The notes under the pieces are model-generated. The model searched no databases. It saw nothing but the letters and a program-made list of their open reading frames with translations, and was not told where the DNA came from. Of a DNA stretch of 64,000 bases, positions 40,909 to 55,800 are shown piece after piece; the first letter of the stretch is position 1; each line of letters starts with the position of its first letter. The position numbers were made by a program, and so were the translations under genes. Origin of the DNA: Octopus vulgaris (lineage: Eukaryota); contig OX597824.1 in assembly GCA_951406725.2 (NCBI GenBank), positions 7,812,001 through 7,876,000 on the forward strand, given 5' to 3'.

Positions 40909-41030
40909 CCGACACCTGTTTCGTGGAGCTCGGAGTTATTTCATAATGTTGGCAGATGTAGTTCACAAAAGTATGCAACCAGTTATAGAAGCAAATAAAT
41001 ACTGGGTAGATCCGGCTGCCGTCTTCAGGG
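40909..41030 (-). ncRNA. Hammerhead-like motif with long stem II
   Basis: Minus strand: cc-CTGAAGA-cggcagccgga...tccgagctccac-GAAAC-aggt-GTC-gg; stem I has only 2 bp. Confidence 0.45.
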
Positions 41031-41722
41031 TGGAGAGATAATCTAACAATTCAAATCATGATACAAGGAAATTTAAAGGCAGATTTCACGCTGGTGCGTT
41101 GTGTTCTTGGGAAATTCATTTCATTTCACGTTGCTCCAGTCTGGTCAGCTGTAAATCAGTTACTCTGCAACGAACTGGCACTTCTACTCAGGAGGTGTTT
41201 TGTGATCCCATCCAATGGCAACCAGGTAAACGGCCCTATGAGACTTCCTACACATGGAGGCAATAATGCCAAGGGTTTGTTGTTGTTGTTGTTGTTGCTG
41301 CTGCTGTTGTTGTTGTTGTTACTGCTTTTGATGATGATGACGATGACGACGACAACGACGACATACAGAGCACTCAGCAGGCTTCTATCCACGACAATGA
41401 CCCACGATCCTTGTCCAACCCAGCAAGTTGAACTTAGAACCGCGTGGTTGCGAATTGAACTCCTTCACTACACAACCATATTTATATATAAATACATAAA
41501 AAAAAAAGAAGAAAGAAAATCGCTAAGTCATTCTGAATCTGTTTTTCAAGGTGAATATCTTGTTTACATATTTTAAATGTTCCGTGAAGTCAATATTTTA
41601 GATTCAATAACATTTTATTTCTTGTGGTTGGAGACTTTGTATTTGCATGGAGTAAGGACTGTTGACAGGAGAAAGAGGGGAGGAAAGAGAGAGAAAATGA
41701 GAGCGAGAGAGCGAGAGCGGGA

Positions 41723-41798
<76 letters not shown>

Positions 41799-41800
41799 AG

Positions 41801-41995
41801 CATGAGAAATTAGGGTTCTTAAAACCAGAAAGGGGAAAGCTAATTCGAAGGCTACAGATCCAATCCATCACTGGAAGTGTAAAAATCTGTAAAACTTTCC
41901 AGAAGTTTAGCATTTAACTATATATGAGCATGTCTAGATATGCAACTATATGTATGAGAATACATACGTAAAACAAAACATACAAATCTGCGTAC
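41801..41995 (+). mobile_element. 3' end of an R4/Dong-like LINE followed by (CATA)n
   Basis: EKLGFLKPERGKLIRRLQIQSITGSVKICKTFQKFSI*. Confidence 0.78.
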
Positions 41996-42689
41996 ATACA
42001 TACATACATACATATACATACATACATACATACATACATACATACATGCATACATACATACATACGCACGTACGTACATACATACATACATACATACATA
42101 CATACATACATACATACATACATAAATACATACATACATACAAACATACATACATATTCGCAGAACATACATTTATGCAAGAATACATACACATACAAAC
42201 ACATAACATACATACATATGTGTTTAGGAAAGAAAAATCGTCGAATTTATCCTCAACGCCTTGCACTTAGTAACTTACTTTCTGGCAAAGAGGTTTGGTC
42301 TTGAGCTCTATGTCCAAGGTACATAACAACCTTCTGAAGCATTGGTGCACGAACTTCTTGGAATCTACATTCTATGTTCCGTGTCGGTCGGGAATGTCCA
42401 GCTTTCGCATAGAAAACGATCGAAGTCACCAGAAAGTTGCACACTTTGCGTTTATTAAGGAAACTGATCGATATGTTCTTTCTTTCTTTCTTTTTTTTTC
42501 TTTTTTATGACGTTCAGCTTTATCATAGCAAATGATGCCTGGTTGCTCAAAATGGACCTGCAGTATGGACACGGGGACACACACACGCACACACACATAC
42601 GCACATACACACACACGCACATACACATACATATACATATTTTTATATATGCATACACACACACATACATACATATATACATGCTTATA

Positions 42690-42787
<98 letters not shown>

Positions 42788-43286
42788 CGCATGCACACAC
42801 ACACATATCACATTGCTGTTGTTCGCGTGACTCACTCAATAGTGGTGTCATACAATTGTTCCTAAGACAAAAGACAACAACAACAAAACTAATTACTACC
42901 ACTCAGCTATACACCAGGGCTCTGTCGCCATACGCTTCCGTCTTGTTAATTAGTCAGTCCAGATAAATGTCAGAAACTGCCTAATTATCGATTGTCCTTA
43001 ATTAACTCCTTTTTTGTTCTTTAGTCGCAATATGGCCGTCCTTTGATGATGCAAATGACCGACAATACTTCAAATCCAAAGTTTTAGCACTTCCGGTTAG
43101 CCTTACAGGCTTACGTTTAACCCCTCATGACTTGTATAATAATCCCCATTTTAAAGCGTCCTGGTTAACCTTTTAGTATTCAATTTGCACAGATCTGGTT
43201 TCTCAGACAAACCCTACAATGTTATTTTAAAGATTAACACTCAAAATCTCGAAGCTGCGAGACAATGTATTCAAAACAATGCGAAC

Positions 43287-44285
43287 AAGAGTGCTAATAG
43301 AGCGCAGACCTCCGCCAAGGCAACACCAATGTCCTCTCAGCGATTAGCTTAAACATAAACCCAATGTATTCCACGAAACAATAAAGTTTAATCTTAAAAT
43401 CAACAGTTTTCATTTCTTAAATTCTAATTTTGCTTTTTTCTTCTTTTCCGAATGCTTCCTTCAACCACTTGAAAAACTCTGCCAATGAGGACAAATAAGG
43501 ACTGCGTGTATGTCACTGTCATTTGAATATATCAATTTGTTTTAGCGCGAAATTTATGTCACCGTTATTGCCATTGACATCAGTGGGCATTCCTGTAGAT
43601 GGGGAATCGGAAATTAACTAGCGTACCTACGAACGCCTGTGTTGTAAGCATCGTGGATTGCAATAATTTTTAAAATAAATAAATAAATAATAAGAGGCAC
43701 TCAGAGAGCGCAGACCTCCGCCAAGGCGACACCAACACCCTCTCAACGATTAGCCAGAGATGATTTTTAAAATGAGAATATCTGAAATAAACTCGACTGC
43801 TCTCACAAACGAGAATACTAAAAATGAACTCGACCTCTCTCAAAAATTAAGTAGAAAAATACCCGGAAAAATAATCCAGAATCCTTGTCCGGTACCTGAT
43901 CGATCCCAATGGTAGTCATGGAATGTGAAGGTGGGTGTAGAAAAGTTAGTAACAGTAATAAATAGTTTATCCTTATCTAATACAAGCCAACGTTAACAAA
44001 TTCATCATTCGAAATAGTTAGTCTAAAGGGGGGTAATTGAGAAAGACTTCAAAGTTAACGTAAGATCGTAACCCTGTAAAGTAAATATAACAAAACATCC
44101 AGAATCCTTGTCCGGTACCGGATCGATCCCAAAATCTAAACGGTTCGTGCCAGTCACGTGGCCAAACATCCCTGAAAGTTTCATTGGAATCTATCCAGCG
44201 GTTCTTGAGATATCGTGTCCGCGGACAAACAAACAAACGTAACTGAAAACAATACCTCCGCCTTCGCTAAGGCGGGCGGAGGTAA
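43287..44285 (-). mobile_element. Helentron copy with extra 3' segment and a second 3' terminus
   Basis: 43692-44285 is the reverse complement of 30741-31307, 43348-43690 matches 31308-31648, and 43287-43347 repeats the 3' sub-TIR and hairpin. Confidence 0.78.
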
Positions 44286-44532
44286 TAAACAAACGTTACA
44301 TTTGACAGAGCAATTTGAATGCTCAAGGGTTCAAGTTCATACGAAGAGAAGTGTTTTTAATGAAGCAACATTTTATTGTTGTCCCTTTCATAGGGTCTTC
44401 CGTACGGTTTGTGGCTGACCGTGTTTCAACGTGTGCGTGCGCGGGTGACGGGCATGTATGCATGCGTGCGTGTGTGTGTACGTATGCACGTGTGCGTGTT
44501 CCTGTGCATGTGTGTGTGCATGTGCGTGTTCC

Positions 44533-44637
<105 letters not shown>

Positions 44638-44919
44638 AAGCCTGGGGAATCTTTCATTCTGAATTTGTTTCAGTCACTGGACATTTTTTTGTGTAAATCT
44701 GGTGTTTATCACGTCGGTCACTTTTGCCGAAACGCTAGTTAAGGGACGTGTAAACAAACCAACAACGGTTGTCGAGTGGTGGAGTAGAACAAGCAAAGAA
44801 ACACACACACAAACACTCCCGAGTTTACTTCTACACGAGGTTTAAGCTCACTAAAAGCACGGAACCCATTAAAAGAACGCAACCCATTAAAATAACGGAA
44901 TGGTGACACAACGGGAATG

Positions 44920-45420
44920 AAATTAGTCGCGGGTTTGGTGGATCAGCGTTGGTCTATGTTTTAAATCAAACAAAAACAGCGGCGGCGGCGGCGGCGGCGA
45001 CGGTGACCTGGCATATAGTGGAGACGAACATTTAGCAGGAACATAGAGCACACAACAACAACAACAACCAGGAACAACAACAACCAGTTTTGTTTTGTTT
45101 TGTTTTCTTCGACTGCTCCCAGCCAAATAACAATGGATGTTCTCTGTTCGAACGACGTGGTCACGTGATTGGCCACAATCCTCCGAGTAAATGCGTCAAC
45201 AAAAACGATAAACAACAGGATGTTTTTCTCATGTCATTTTCTTCAAGTGAAAATAATGGATTATTACCACGGCGAAAATTTACGGAGATTCTTCTCTTTT
45301 TTTTTTCTTTTCTCTTTTCTCTTTTTTTTAAAATTTTTATTTATTTATTTTTACTCAGCGATTTACTCAGCGATTTACTCAGCCATGTTGTCAAAAAGCC
45401 GGATATTGTAGGGAAGCGGA
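44920..45420. promoter_or_regulatory. CpG-rich promoter-like island
   Basis: (GGC)n run and cgtggTCACGTGATTGG (E-box overlapping an inverted CCAAT) at about 45156-45172. Confidence 0.35.
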
Positions 45421-45444
45421 TTAGTAATATTGGTGGTGGTGGTG

Positions 45445-45521
<77 letters not shown>

Positions 45522-45522
45522 G

Positions 45523-45567
<45 letters not shown>

Positions 45568-46172
45568 ACAGCAGCGATGGGGGGGGGGGGTCGGCGGCGG
45601 CAACGACGGCAGTGTTGGTGATTGGTTCAAATCCGACCGAGGACATTTTTCCTATTCATCCCTTGTAGTTGATAAAATAACCCTCCACCCCACCCCTGTA
45701 ACCGACTAACCCCTTCACCTCAAACACCGCAAGCCGTTTCCCTAAATTAAAAACAGATTAAGGTAACCGTTATTCTTTTCGAATACGTACGATCGTTTCG
45801 TCAAGGCTGAGACGTCTCTCATCGTCCCTGGACGCTTCGATACTTCAGGCACACCTGCTGGAGCTATATGCTTTGAGGGCCATTCTGCTCGGAACGGGAT
45901 GGCTGGACATACAAGGTGTATCTGCGTGCACGGATGGTTTCACCGTAATGCTGCTGCAAATCTCAGGTATCGAAATGGTCAGTACCTCGACGTATAAGGA
46001 GGGTCACATGAGGCACATTTCGGACAGCTTTTAATGGCTGTCAGCAGATTTAATTCGGAAAAAGTGCAGAGCCACCTTCCTTGGACAAGAAAAGTCAGTT
46101 AGGCCAGTGAGGTTTTGTGGTGAACAAGACTGAAAGGTGCAGGTTAGTCCACATTACTCTGTAAGAAGAACA

Positions 46173-46385
46173 GTTTCTCGTGTCCCAGTTTCTCGGTGTC
46201 TCGGTTTCTCGGTGACCCGGTTTCTCGGTGTCCCGGTTTCTCGATGTCCAGGTTTTTCGGTGTCTCGGTTTCTCGGTGTCTCGGTTTCCCGGTGTCCCGG
46301 TTTCTCGGTGTCCCGGTTTCTCGGTGTCTCGGTTTCTCGGTGTCACGGTTTCTCGGTGTCCCGGTTTCTCGGTGTCCCGATTTCT
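46173..46385. repeat. 16-bp CpG-rich minisatellite (CGGTTTCT CGGTGTCY) inside a SINE tail
   Basis: About 13 units; the right flank continues as SINE sequence (gacgccggt...gagtggac...gtgttttgctcaagg). Confidence 0.9.
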
Positions 46386-46559
46386 CTTGGACGGGCAGGA
46401 CGCCGGTTTGTTACAGGGTTACTCAATTTTGCCAGCCGAGTGGACAAAAAGCAAAGTGAAATGAAGTGTTTTGCTCAAGGATCCAATCCAACGATTTTAC
46501 AGTTCCGCTGATCCAGTGATTTGGATTCATAATTTTTTTAACGATGCCGAAATGATTAG

Positions 46560-47060
46560 AGGCAAAGTAAACCTTGTTAGGATTTGAACTCGAAACGTAA
46601 AGAGCCGAAGAATAATAATTTCTGATTGAGGCACAAGGGCAGCCATTTGGTAGGAGGGGATAAGTCGATAACATCGACCCCAGTGTTTTACTGGTACTTA
46701 TTTTATCGACCATGAAAGGATGAAAGGCAAAGCCGACCTCAGTGGAATTTGAACTCAGGACGTAAAAACGGACGAAATACCGCCAAGCATTTTGCCCGGG
46801 CGTGCTAACGATTCTGCCAGCTCGCTGCCTTAGAGCCGGAGAGTAATAATTTCTGATTGAAGTAAAAGAGCAGGAAATACGAGGGTTGGGGTAAGACAGA
46901 CGATACCATCGGCTCCATTATTTGACTGATACTTTATTTTATCGACCCCCGAAAAGATTAAAAGTCAAATTCATCTCGGCGAGATTTGAACTTAGATCGT
47001 AATGAGCCGGAAGCAATGTTGCAAAGCATTGTGTCTGACGTTCTGACGATTCTGCCAATT
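46560..47060 (-). mobile_element. Cluster of SINE family B copies
   Basis: Repeated atttgaactc/atttgaactt B-box complements and tttatcgacc...gaaagg. Confidence 0.75.
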
Positions 47061-47304
47061 AAATAGATCCGTGTGATTTTCTATTGCACTACCAAATTCA
47101 TTTCGCTGTTCCTGTTAAGCGGATCCAATCAATCCTTATTAAACACAAAGGAAAATACTTAAGTCAGAAAACAATAAGAGAATTAGCAGTATTGTGAAAG
47201 CCGTTGATAGATACCGGAAGCAACCACTTCATTTCCGGCTTTACAAACAGACAGCGCCATGTTCCTTTGCCTGTTTATTGTCAATATACTTGTACACTTT
47301 TCCC

Positions 47305-47394
<90 letters not shown>

Positions 47395-47759
47395 GGCCTT
47401 AGAAAATAGGAGATATATTTAAACATTTTTTTAAGTAGGAAGGTTTCAAGGCCAATCCTACAGTAGAATTAATCTCTTTCAAAAACATAATCACTTAAAT
47501 ATTAAAATATGAAGAGAAAAAGACAAAGAAAAATATGATACTCTGTTCTGTAAGCTTGTTAAGTGGTAGTATAAATATGTAAATCAACTCTTAATGTATG
47601 TGTGTGTGTGTGTGTGCTTGTGTGTGTGTGTGCTTGTGTGTGTGTGTGTGTGTGTGTGTGTCTATGTGTGTCTACGTCTGTGTATGTGTGTGTATGTGTG
47701 TGTGTGTGTCTCTCTCTCTCTTTGTTTTTGTATCTAAAATCAGTGTTTATATCTCTTTA

Positions 47760-47955
47760 ACTGTTTTACTTGTTTCAGTCACGAGACTGCGGCCATGCTG
47801 GAGCACTGCCTTTTTAGTCGAAGAAATCGACCCCAGGACTTATTCTTCGTAAGCCTGATACTTAGTATATCGATCTCTTATGCTGAACCGCTAGTTTAGT
47901 GGGACGTAAACACACCAACATCGGTTGTCACATGATGGGGAGGGGAGCAAAAACA

Positions 47956-48006
<51 letters not shown>

Positions 48007-48270
48007 GGCGGGATTCTTTCAGTTTCCATCTACCACATTATTTTTTAGTCGTTTCAATTATTAGACAGCGGCCATGCTGGGGCACCGCCTTCAAGAGTTT
48101 TTAATCGAAAGAATCGAATCCAGTATGTTTTTTAAAACCTGGTAATCATTCTACCGGTCATATCTGTCGAACCGCTAAGTTACGGAAACGTAAACAGTCC
48201 TAAAGCGGGTGTCAAGCGGTGATAGGGGTACAAACACTGACACAAGCACACACACAAACACACACACACA
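47760..48270 (-). mobile_element. Two SINE family A 3' parts
   Basis: gcggccatgctgg...accgcta...gtaaaca occurs twice. Confidence 0.75.
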
Positions 48271-48937
48271 TATATATATGTATATGTGTATGTATGTCTA
48301 TGTATATGCATGTATATATATAATGCATAGGTATGTATATATATAATACCTATATATTATATAGATGCATGCATATATATATATATATGTTTATGTATAT
48401 GTATATATATGTGTGTGTGTATGCGTGTGTGTGTGTGTATGTATGTCTATGTATACATCAACTTTCTCACCTATATATATATACACAAACACAAATACAC
48501 ATGTATATACATATGTATACATCAACTTTCTCACCTATATATATATATATATATACACACATACACACACACATGTATATACATATGTGTGTGTTTGTTT
48601 GTAGGCATATATGTGCGTATGTGTGCATGAATACATATATACACATATACATATATGCATATATAAATATATATATATACATATGCATTTTCTATACGTA
48701 CGATTGTATACATCTGCGTGTGGATATATGCATATGTTAATGATAATCCTTTCTAATCCAGGCAGAAAGTCAGCAATTTTGGGGGGAAGCGTATTAGACG
48801 CTAACATTGGACAGGTGTTATATTCTAACTCCTCAAGACGTTACGTACATACATACATACATACATACATACATACATACATACATACATACATACATAC
48901 ATACATACATACATACATACATACATACATACATACA

Positions 48938-49390
48938 GGTAAGCATAACAGGCCGAATATTGTTGTTTGGGACAGAGGGGCAAAGGTATGTACCATCAAA
49001 GGGGTCAGCTGCCCTGCAGATACAAATATGTCTTTGAAAATCAAAGAAATAGAGGATATCTATGGACAACTGTTTCGAAATCTCCAGTTTCTATATCAAG
49101 ACTATGAATTTATATTCATAGCAATAATAATTGGAGAACTAGGTTTTGTTAGTAAATGCTTAAAGGGGAATCTGGATAAACTGGGATTTTCAGAAAGAGA
49201 AATCGACCGGCTGATTCGTACATTACAAGTGCAATATGTGAGTGGAACAGTAAAAATATGCAAGACTTTTCTCAAGTTCCAAATGTGAATTCGTCTGTGT
49301 TAACATCTCAAACATGGAGCCTTGTATCTATATTGGAAGCCGGCTCCCTCCTCAGTGGTAGATATATCATAATTAAAAAATAGAAGAGAC
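48938..49390 (+). mobile_element. 5'-truncated R4/Dong-like LINE (RLE endonuclease and 3' UTR) embedded in (TACA)n
   Basis: HNRPNIVVWD...VSCP.D.N...K..E...Y...IIIGELG...GTVKICKTF*; (TACA)n directly on both sides. Confidence 0.85.
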
Positions 49391-50700
49391 ATACATACAT
49401 ACATACATACATGCATGCATGCATGCATACATACATACATACATACATACATACATACATACATACATACATACAATCATACATACATACATACATACAA
49501 TCATACATACAATCATACATACATACATACATACATGCATGCATGCATGCATACATACATACATACATACATACATACATGCATACATACATACATACAT
49601 ACATACATACATACATGCATGCATGCATGCATACATACATACATACATACATACATACATACATACATACATACATACATACATACATACATACATACAT
49701 ACATACATACATACATACATACATACATACATACATACATACATACATGCATGCATGCATGCATGCATACATACATACATACATACATACATACATACAT
49801 ACATGCATACATACATACATACATACATACATACATACATACATACATACATGCATGCATGCATACATACATACATACATACATGAATGCATACATACAT
49901 ACATACATACATGCATACATGCATACATACATACATACATACATACAATCATACATACATACATACATACATGCATGCATGCATGCATACATACATACAT
50001 ACATACATACATGCATACATACATACATACATACATACATACATACATAAAGACATACATACATACATACTCACATGCATGCATAGATACATACATGCAT
50101 ACATACATACATGCATACATACATACATACATACATACATACATACATGCATGCATGCATGCATACATACATACATACATACATGCATGCATGCATGCAT
50201 ACATACATACATACATACATACATACATACATACATACATACATACATACATACATGCATACATGCATACATACATACATACATACATGCATGCATGCAT
50301 GCATACATACATACATACATACATACATGCATACATACATACATACATACATAAAGACATACATACATACATACATACATACATACATGCATGCATAGAT
50401 ACATACATACATACATACATACATACATGCATGCATACATACATACATACATACATACATACATACATACATACATACATACATACATACATACATAAAG
50501 ACATACATACATACATACATACATGCATGCGTAGATACATACATACATACATACATGCATGCATACATACATACATACATACATACATACATACATACAT
50601 ACATACATAAAGACATACATACATACATACATACATGCATGCATACATACATACATACATACATACATACATACATACAAAAGACATACATACATACATA
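49391..50700. repeat. (CATA/CATG)n array, about 1.3 kb, followed by (TAGA)n and (TAGG)n to 50930
   Basis: Direct inspection. Confidence 0.98.
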
Positions 50701-50706
50701 CGGAAT

Positions 50707-50803
<97 letters not shown>

Positions 50804-50930
50804 CGATAGATAGATAGATAAATAGATAGATAGATAGAGTGTCTGTGTGAGAGAGAGAGATAGCTAGGTAGGTAGGTTGGTAGGTAGGTAGGTAGGTAGG
50901 TAGGTAGGTAGGTAGGTAGGTAGGTAGGTA

Positions 50931-53055
50931 CCTACAAGTTTCGCCCCATTACCGCTTCGTATTCTTTTAGTGTCTCGCCGACCAGGTCGATATGCCTGTG
51001 GTTCGACTCTATCACGGTAACGTCGTCCGCGTATGCAGACACTCTCCTCCCGCATCCCAGTTCTCGCGGGATGCCCCTCAGCGTCGCCAGCTTCCGCAGT
51101 AGTGGCTCTAAAGTCAATACATACAGAAGTGACAAGAGAGGGGCATCCTTGACGAACCGAACGCATGATGTTAAATGGTCTGGGTAGATGACCATTTACG
51201 CGAACTACCGAGCGGATGACGCTGTATAAAGCAGCGATTCAACCGCCGAAGACGAGACCGAAACCAGCCGCTCTAAGGACAGCCTCCAAATAGCGATGGT
51301 CTACCCTATCGAAAGCTTTTGATTGATCCAAATTGATCAGCGCCCCACCCATGCCAGGTTCCTTAACTACCTTGTCTATGATGTAGCGCATCAGATGGAG
51401 GTTGTCATGGATACTCCTGCCCGACACGGCACATGTTTGTGCCTTGTCGACCAGTTTCTCGATGACAGGTGTCAGCCTCTCGGCTAGCACCTTGGCCAAA
51501 ATCTTCAAATCTGCGTTGAGCGGAGTGATGGGCATTAAGTTATCTATGATGTTCCCCTTGTTTCGATCTTTCCTTAGCAGTTCCACCGCTCCTCGCTTCA
51601 CAGAAACGGGAATACACCCGTTTTGCTGCCAGTTGCAGTAGACCGCTGCCAAGACGCCTCCAAACAAGTCTGGCATATGACAATAAAGTTCGTAGGGCAG
51701 ACTATCCAAGCCTGGCGACTTGTCTCCCCCGCAGCCTGCCATCGCATCCCGTACGTCCGGGGCTATGATGGGTCTTTCATAACACTCCGCCTCTCTTGCC
51801 GAGAGTAGTGGCAGGCCACATCCTTTCGGGCTTGAGAAATTCGCGTCCTTCATCTGTTAGAGACCTAATGATGGTTTTATTGCCTCGTTGGACCTCCGCC
51901 ACTCGGGTCTCGCGGCCGGCTCCAACTCTTTCGTTCCTCAGAGCACGCATCCAATCTCTGACAACGCATCCTTCGTGTTTGGCTTTGAAGCGTTGGTCGA
52001 GGGCCAACCTCGCCACCAGTACGTTGGACGTGATGCCAGTTCTGAGTGTCTCTTCTAATTTCTTAACTAGGTCTCCCTCTATTTCAGTCTAATGATTGGG
52101 CCTTACTATACCTAACCGCTTCTGCTTTAATTGCTTTCTTTAGGGCATACCACCATCTCAATGCTCTCTTAACTAATGTGCTAATCAGGTCCCTGTAAGC
52201 CTGGCGTGCTGTGAACGACGCGTTCAGATTCCAGTAACCGGGACCCTGCCTGTGGCTCTTATCTAAGTCAAGCGTACACGTTTGTGATCTGTGTAGCTGA
52301 CTATATGGAATTGTGGACAACCTACACTATCCCTATCCATTGTCCTACAGAATACTCTATCTAAATGCGATCTGGGCGATCCGATGCGGTTGCTCCATGT
52401 CCACATTGGCACATTCGGGTGGTCCAGTCGGTACCTGTCAGACAGTTGGAAACGTCTGAGCAGGTCTTTGAGGCATTTACATCCCCTCCTATTACTATCT
52501 CCGCCCTCGTAGTCTAGATGCGTGTCCAAGGTAGTGTTCCAATCCCCCACTAAAAGTAAAGGTCAAGACGTCCCCAGGAAAACCTCTAGACATCGAAAGA
52601 AATATGGCCGACCTATTAAGGACGCTGCATAAACTGTTATCAGTCGAAAAGCCATCGACATCCAAGACGACCAGCCTAGGAACATTTCTCTTACTTTGAC
52701 GACCAGCCTAGGAACATTTCTCTTACTTTGAAGTCCAGACTCTTCCGGAGAAGCACCGCGGTGCCACCTCCGCCCATTCTCGACAGACATGGAGAAAAAT
52801 AAATGTCGAAATGTCCATTGAACAAGTGCTGGAGGGCCCGCGGGTTGTGGAGTCTGGTCTCAATGATGGCTATGATATACATATTCTGTGGCTTAATGTC
52901 ATTTAACAGGTAGCCTTGTTTCCAAGGCGACCCCAAGCCACGTACATTTATACAACTTATTCTGAGCATGTACCTATCGAAAGTTGTGTTTTACACACGA
53001 AGGAAGACGAAAGAGGGTGAGAGAGAGAGAGAGAGACAGAAAGAGAGAGACAGAA

Positions 53056-53091
<36 letters not shown>

Positions 53092-53294
53092 TCACTTGCT
53101 GTTCAAAAGTTTTTTGTCCTTCACCTAATAGCCTTCTCCCTGAAGGTTTTTGTACAGTTTTTAGAGAGATATTTTTGAAGTCTCCCTACTACATCCGGGA
53201 AGAGAGATTTCAATGGGTTGTGTGTATTCTGTGTTATGTGTATGATTTTAATGTGTTGTGGTGGTGTTGTACGTGGGCGATTATTTATTTTGAT

Positions 53295-53295
<1 letters not shown>
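50931..53295 (-). mobile_element. Decayed Tx1/L1-clade LINE ORF2 (APE and RT), 3'-truncated
   Basis: MLRISCINVRGL...IIETRL, GDWN, LDRVF, TDHK, YWNLN, KSPGLD, LDQSKAFDRVDH, VRQGCP and SAYADD across frameshifts. Confidence 0.92.
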
Positions 53296-53347
<52 letters not shown>

Positions 53348-53734
53348 CAGACAAACAGACAGACAAACAGATAGAGGACTTGGAAAGCTTTTGACCCAGG
53401 CCATTCCTAACTTAAAAGCACCACTTGAGGAAGTCATTTAAGTCTCACTTTAAAACACCATAGCCACTTGACTAAAGAGCTGTTGGTGGCTAAATGTATC
53501 CGGGTGTCGATGGTTCGTTCGCTATTTCCGAGAATAATGTGTCCCAGTACAGTTTTAGGTCTTTAGGATTTCTCATTACTCAGTCATGTGTTATGCTCAT
53601 TTAAATGAAATTTTGAATTAGTCATACGTTATCTCTTAGCTTCCAGATTTTAGTAATGTAAAATGACATTGTATGATAGGTGTGAAAGCCGGATGTGGCC
53701 AATTTGATAAAAAACAATGTTTGGGTGGGACATA

Positions 53735-54480
53735 GTCGCAGGAGTAATACACTTGCTTCCCAACCACATGGTTCTGGGTTCAGTCCCACTGCGTGGCACC
53801 TCGGGCAGGTGTCTTCTACTATAGCCTCGGGCCGACCAAAGCCTTGTAAGTGGATTTGGTAGACGGAAACAGAAAGAAGCCCGTTGTGTATATATATGTC
53901 GAGCTGACAGAATCGTTAGCACGCTGGGCGAAATGCTTAGCGGTATTTCGTTTGTCTTTACGTGGAGTTCAAATTCCGCCGCAGTCGACTTTGCCTTTCA
54001 TCCTTTCGAGGTCGATAAATTAAATACCAGTTGCATACTAGGATCGATCCAATCCACTGGCCCTCTCTCCCAAAATTTCGGGCCTCATGCCTACAATAGA
54101 AAAGAATGTGCGGTGAGCTAGCAGAAACGTTAGCACGCCGGGCGAACTGCTTAGCGGTATTTCGTCTGTCGCAACGTTCTGAGTTCAAATTCCGCCGAGG
54201 TCGACTTTGCCTTTCATCCTTTCAGGGTCGATTAATTAAGTACCAGTTATGCACTGGTGTCGATGTAATCAGCTTAATCCGTGTGTCTGTCCTTGTTTGT
54301 CCCCTCTGTGTTTATCCCCCTGTGGGTAGTAAAGAAATAGGTATTTCATCTGTTTTTACTTTCTGAGTTCAAATTCCACCGAAGTCGACTTTGCCATTTC
54401 TCCTTTCGGGAGGCTGATGGAACGCGTAACAAAATTTAAAAAAAAAAAGATGGCCAGAGTCCAATGACTAAAACAAGTTA
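53735..54480 (+). mobile_element. SINE A head followed by tandem SINE B copies
   Basis: Homology to other copies in the window. Confidence 0.8.
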
Positions 54481-55127
54481 AAAGGTTACAGAATACAAAA
54501 AATAAATAAATGAATGAAAAAAAACAAGTGTACACGCTCTTACTTGTATTTATGTCAACATCCCAGATTTGGACAATGCTTTCGCTACAGAACACACGTG
54601 TTATGTTATTTGAATATAAAATGACACTTCAACTTCGACTCTGTGTGTGTGTGTGTGTGTGTGTATGTGTGTGTGTGTGTGTGTGTGTCATTAGAGATAT
54701 ATTCACACACCTGTTCCTTCTTTCCTTTATACTTCTTTTTTTTTTTGCTTTTTGCTTTTTTTCTTTGTTTTCTTTTCTCCGTTCCTCATTTTCCCGTTTT
54801 TGCCTCTCCCGGTTTTGGATCTGTACTTTTATTGTGAGTTTGTATTATATATGTATCATATTCATGCGAGTTATATTACACTCGTATATATATATATATA
54901 TATACACTTAATGTCAACTTTACTTTTAAACTTTAAATAACGTTCGCTTTTAATAATAAACAACGGTTTGTTGTCAAACAATATTTCAAAGTTTCTGAAT
55001 AAAAGGACAATGGCGACCATTTTGTAACAATGTCTCTTAGCTAGATTCTTATTTTGTGGACATTGAACCAAACTTTTTGCTTTATTTTATTATCATTGCC
55101 ATTATTATTTCAATTATGCATTGAATG

Positions 55128-55800
55128 CGGCACGCTGGCAGAATCGTTAGCACGCTAGACAAAATGTTGAGCGGCATTTCATCGGGCTTTACGTTCTGAG
55201 TTCAAATTTCACCGAGGTCAACTTCACCATTCATCCTTTCGGGGTCGATAAATTAACTACCAGTTACGCACTGGGGTTGATATAATCGACTTAATCCGTT
55301 TCTCTGTCCTTTTTTTGTCCTCTCTGTGTTTAGCCCCTTGTGGGTAGTAAAGAAATAGGCATTTCATCCGCCTTTACGTTCTGAGTTCAAATTCCACCGA
55401 GGTCAACTTTGCCTTTCATCCTTTCGGGGTCGATAAAATAAGCATCATCTGGGCACTTGGGTCGATGTAATCGACTGGGCCTCTCTCCCCAAATTTCAGG
55501 CCTAGTGGCTATATTGGAAAATTATTATTATTATTATTATTATTTTTATTATTTGAGTTATAAGATGTACCCGGGTTAAAAATTATATACATTGGTTTAA
55601 AACTTTGACACAAGGCTAACAAGCTCGTGGGAGGAGGTAAGACGATTACATCGATTCCACTGTATAACTGGTACTCATTTTATCAACCCCGAAAGGATGC
55701 AAGGCAAAGTCGACCACAGCGGAATTTGAACCCAGAACGTAAAGACGGGCGAAATGCCGCTAAGCACTTTTTCCCGGTGCGCTAACGATTCTGCCAGCTA
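55128..55800. mobile_element. SINE B copies, + (55128-55520) and - (55600-55800)
   Basis: Homology to 58229-58455; the copies are in opposite orientations. Confidence 0.8.

Noticed and set aside
45780-45855. Hammerhead on the minus strand (GAAAC-gatc-GTA)
   Set aside because: The upstream core reads CTGAAGT and stems I and II do not pair convincingly.
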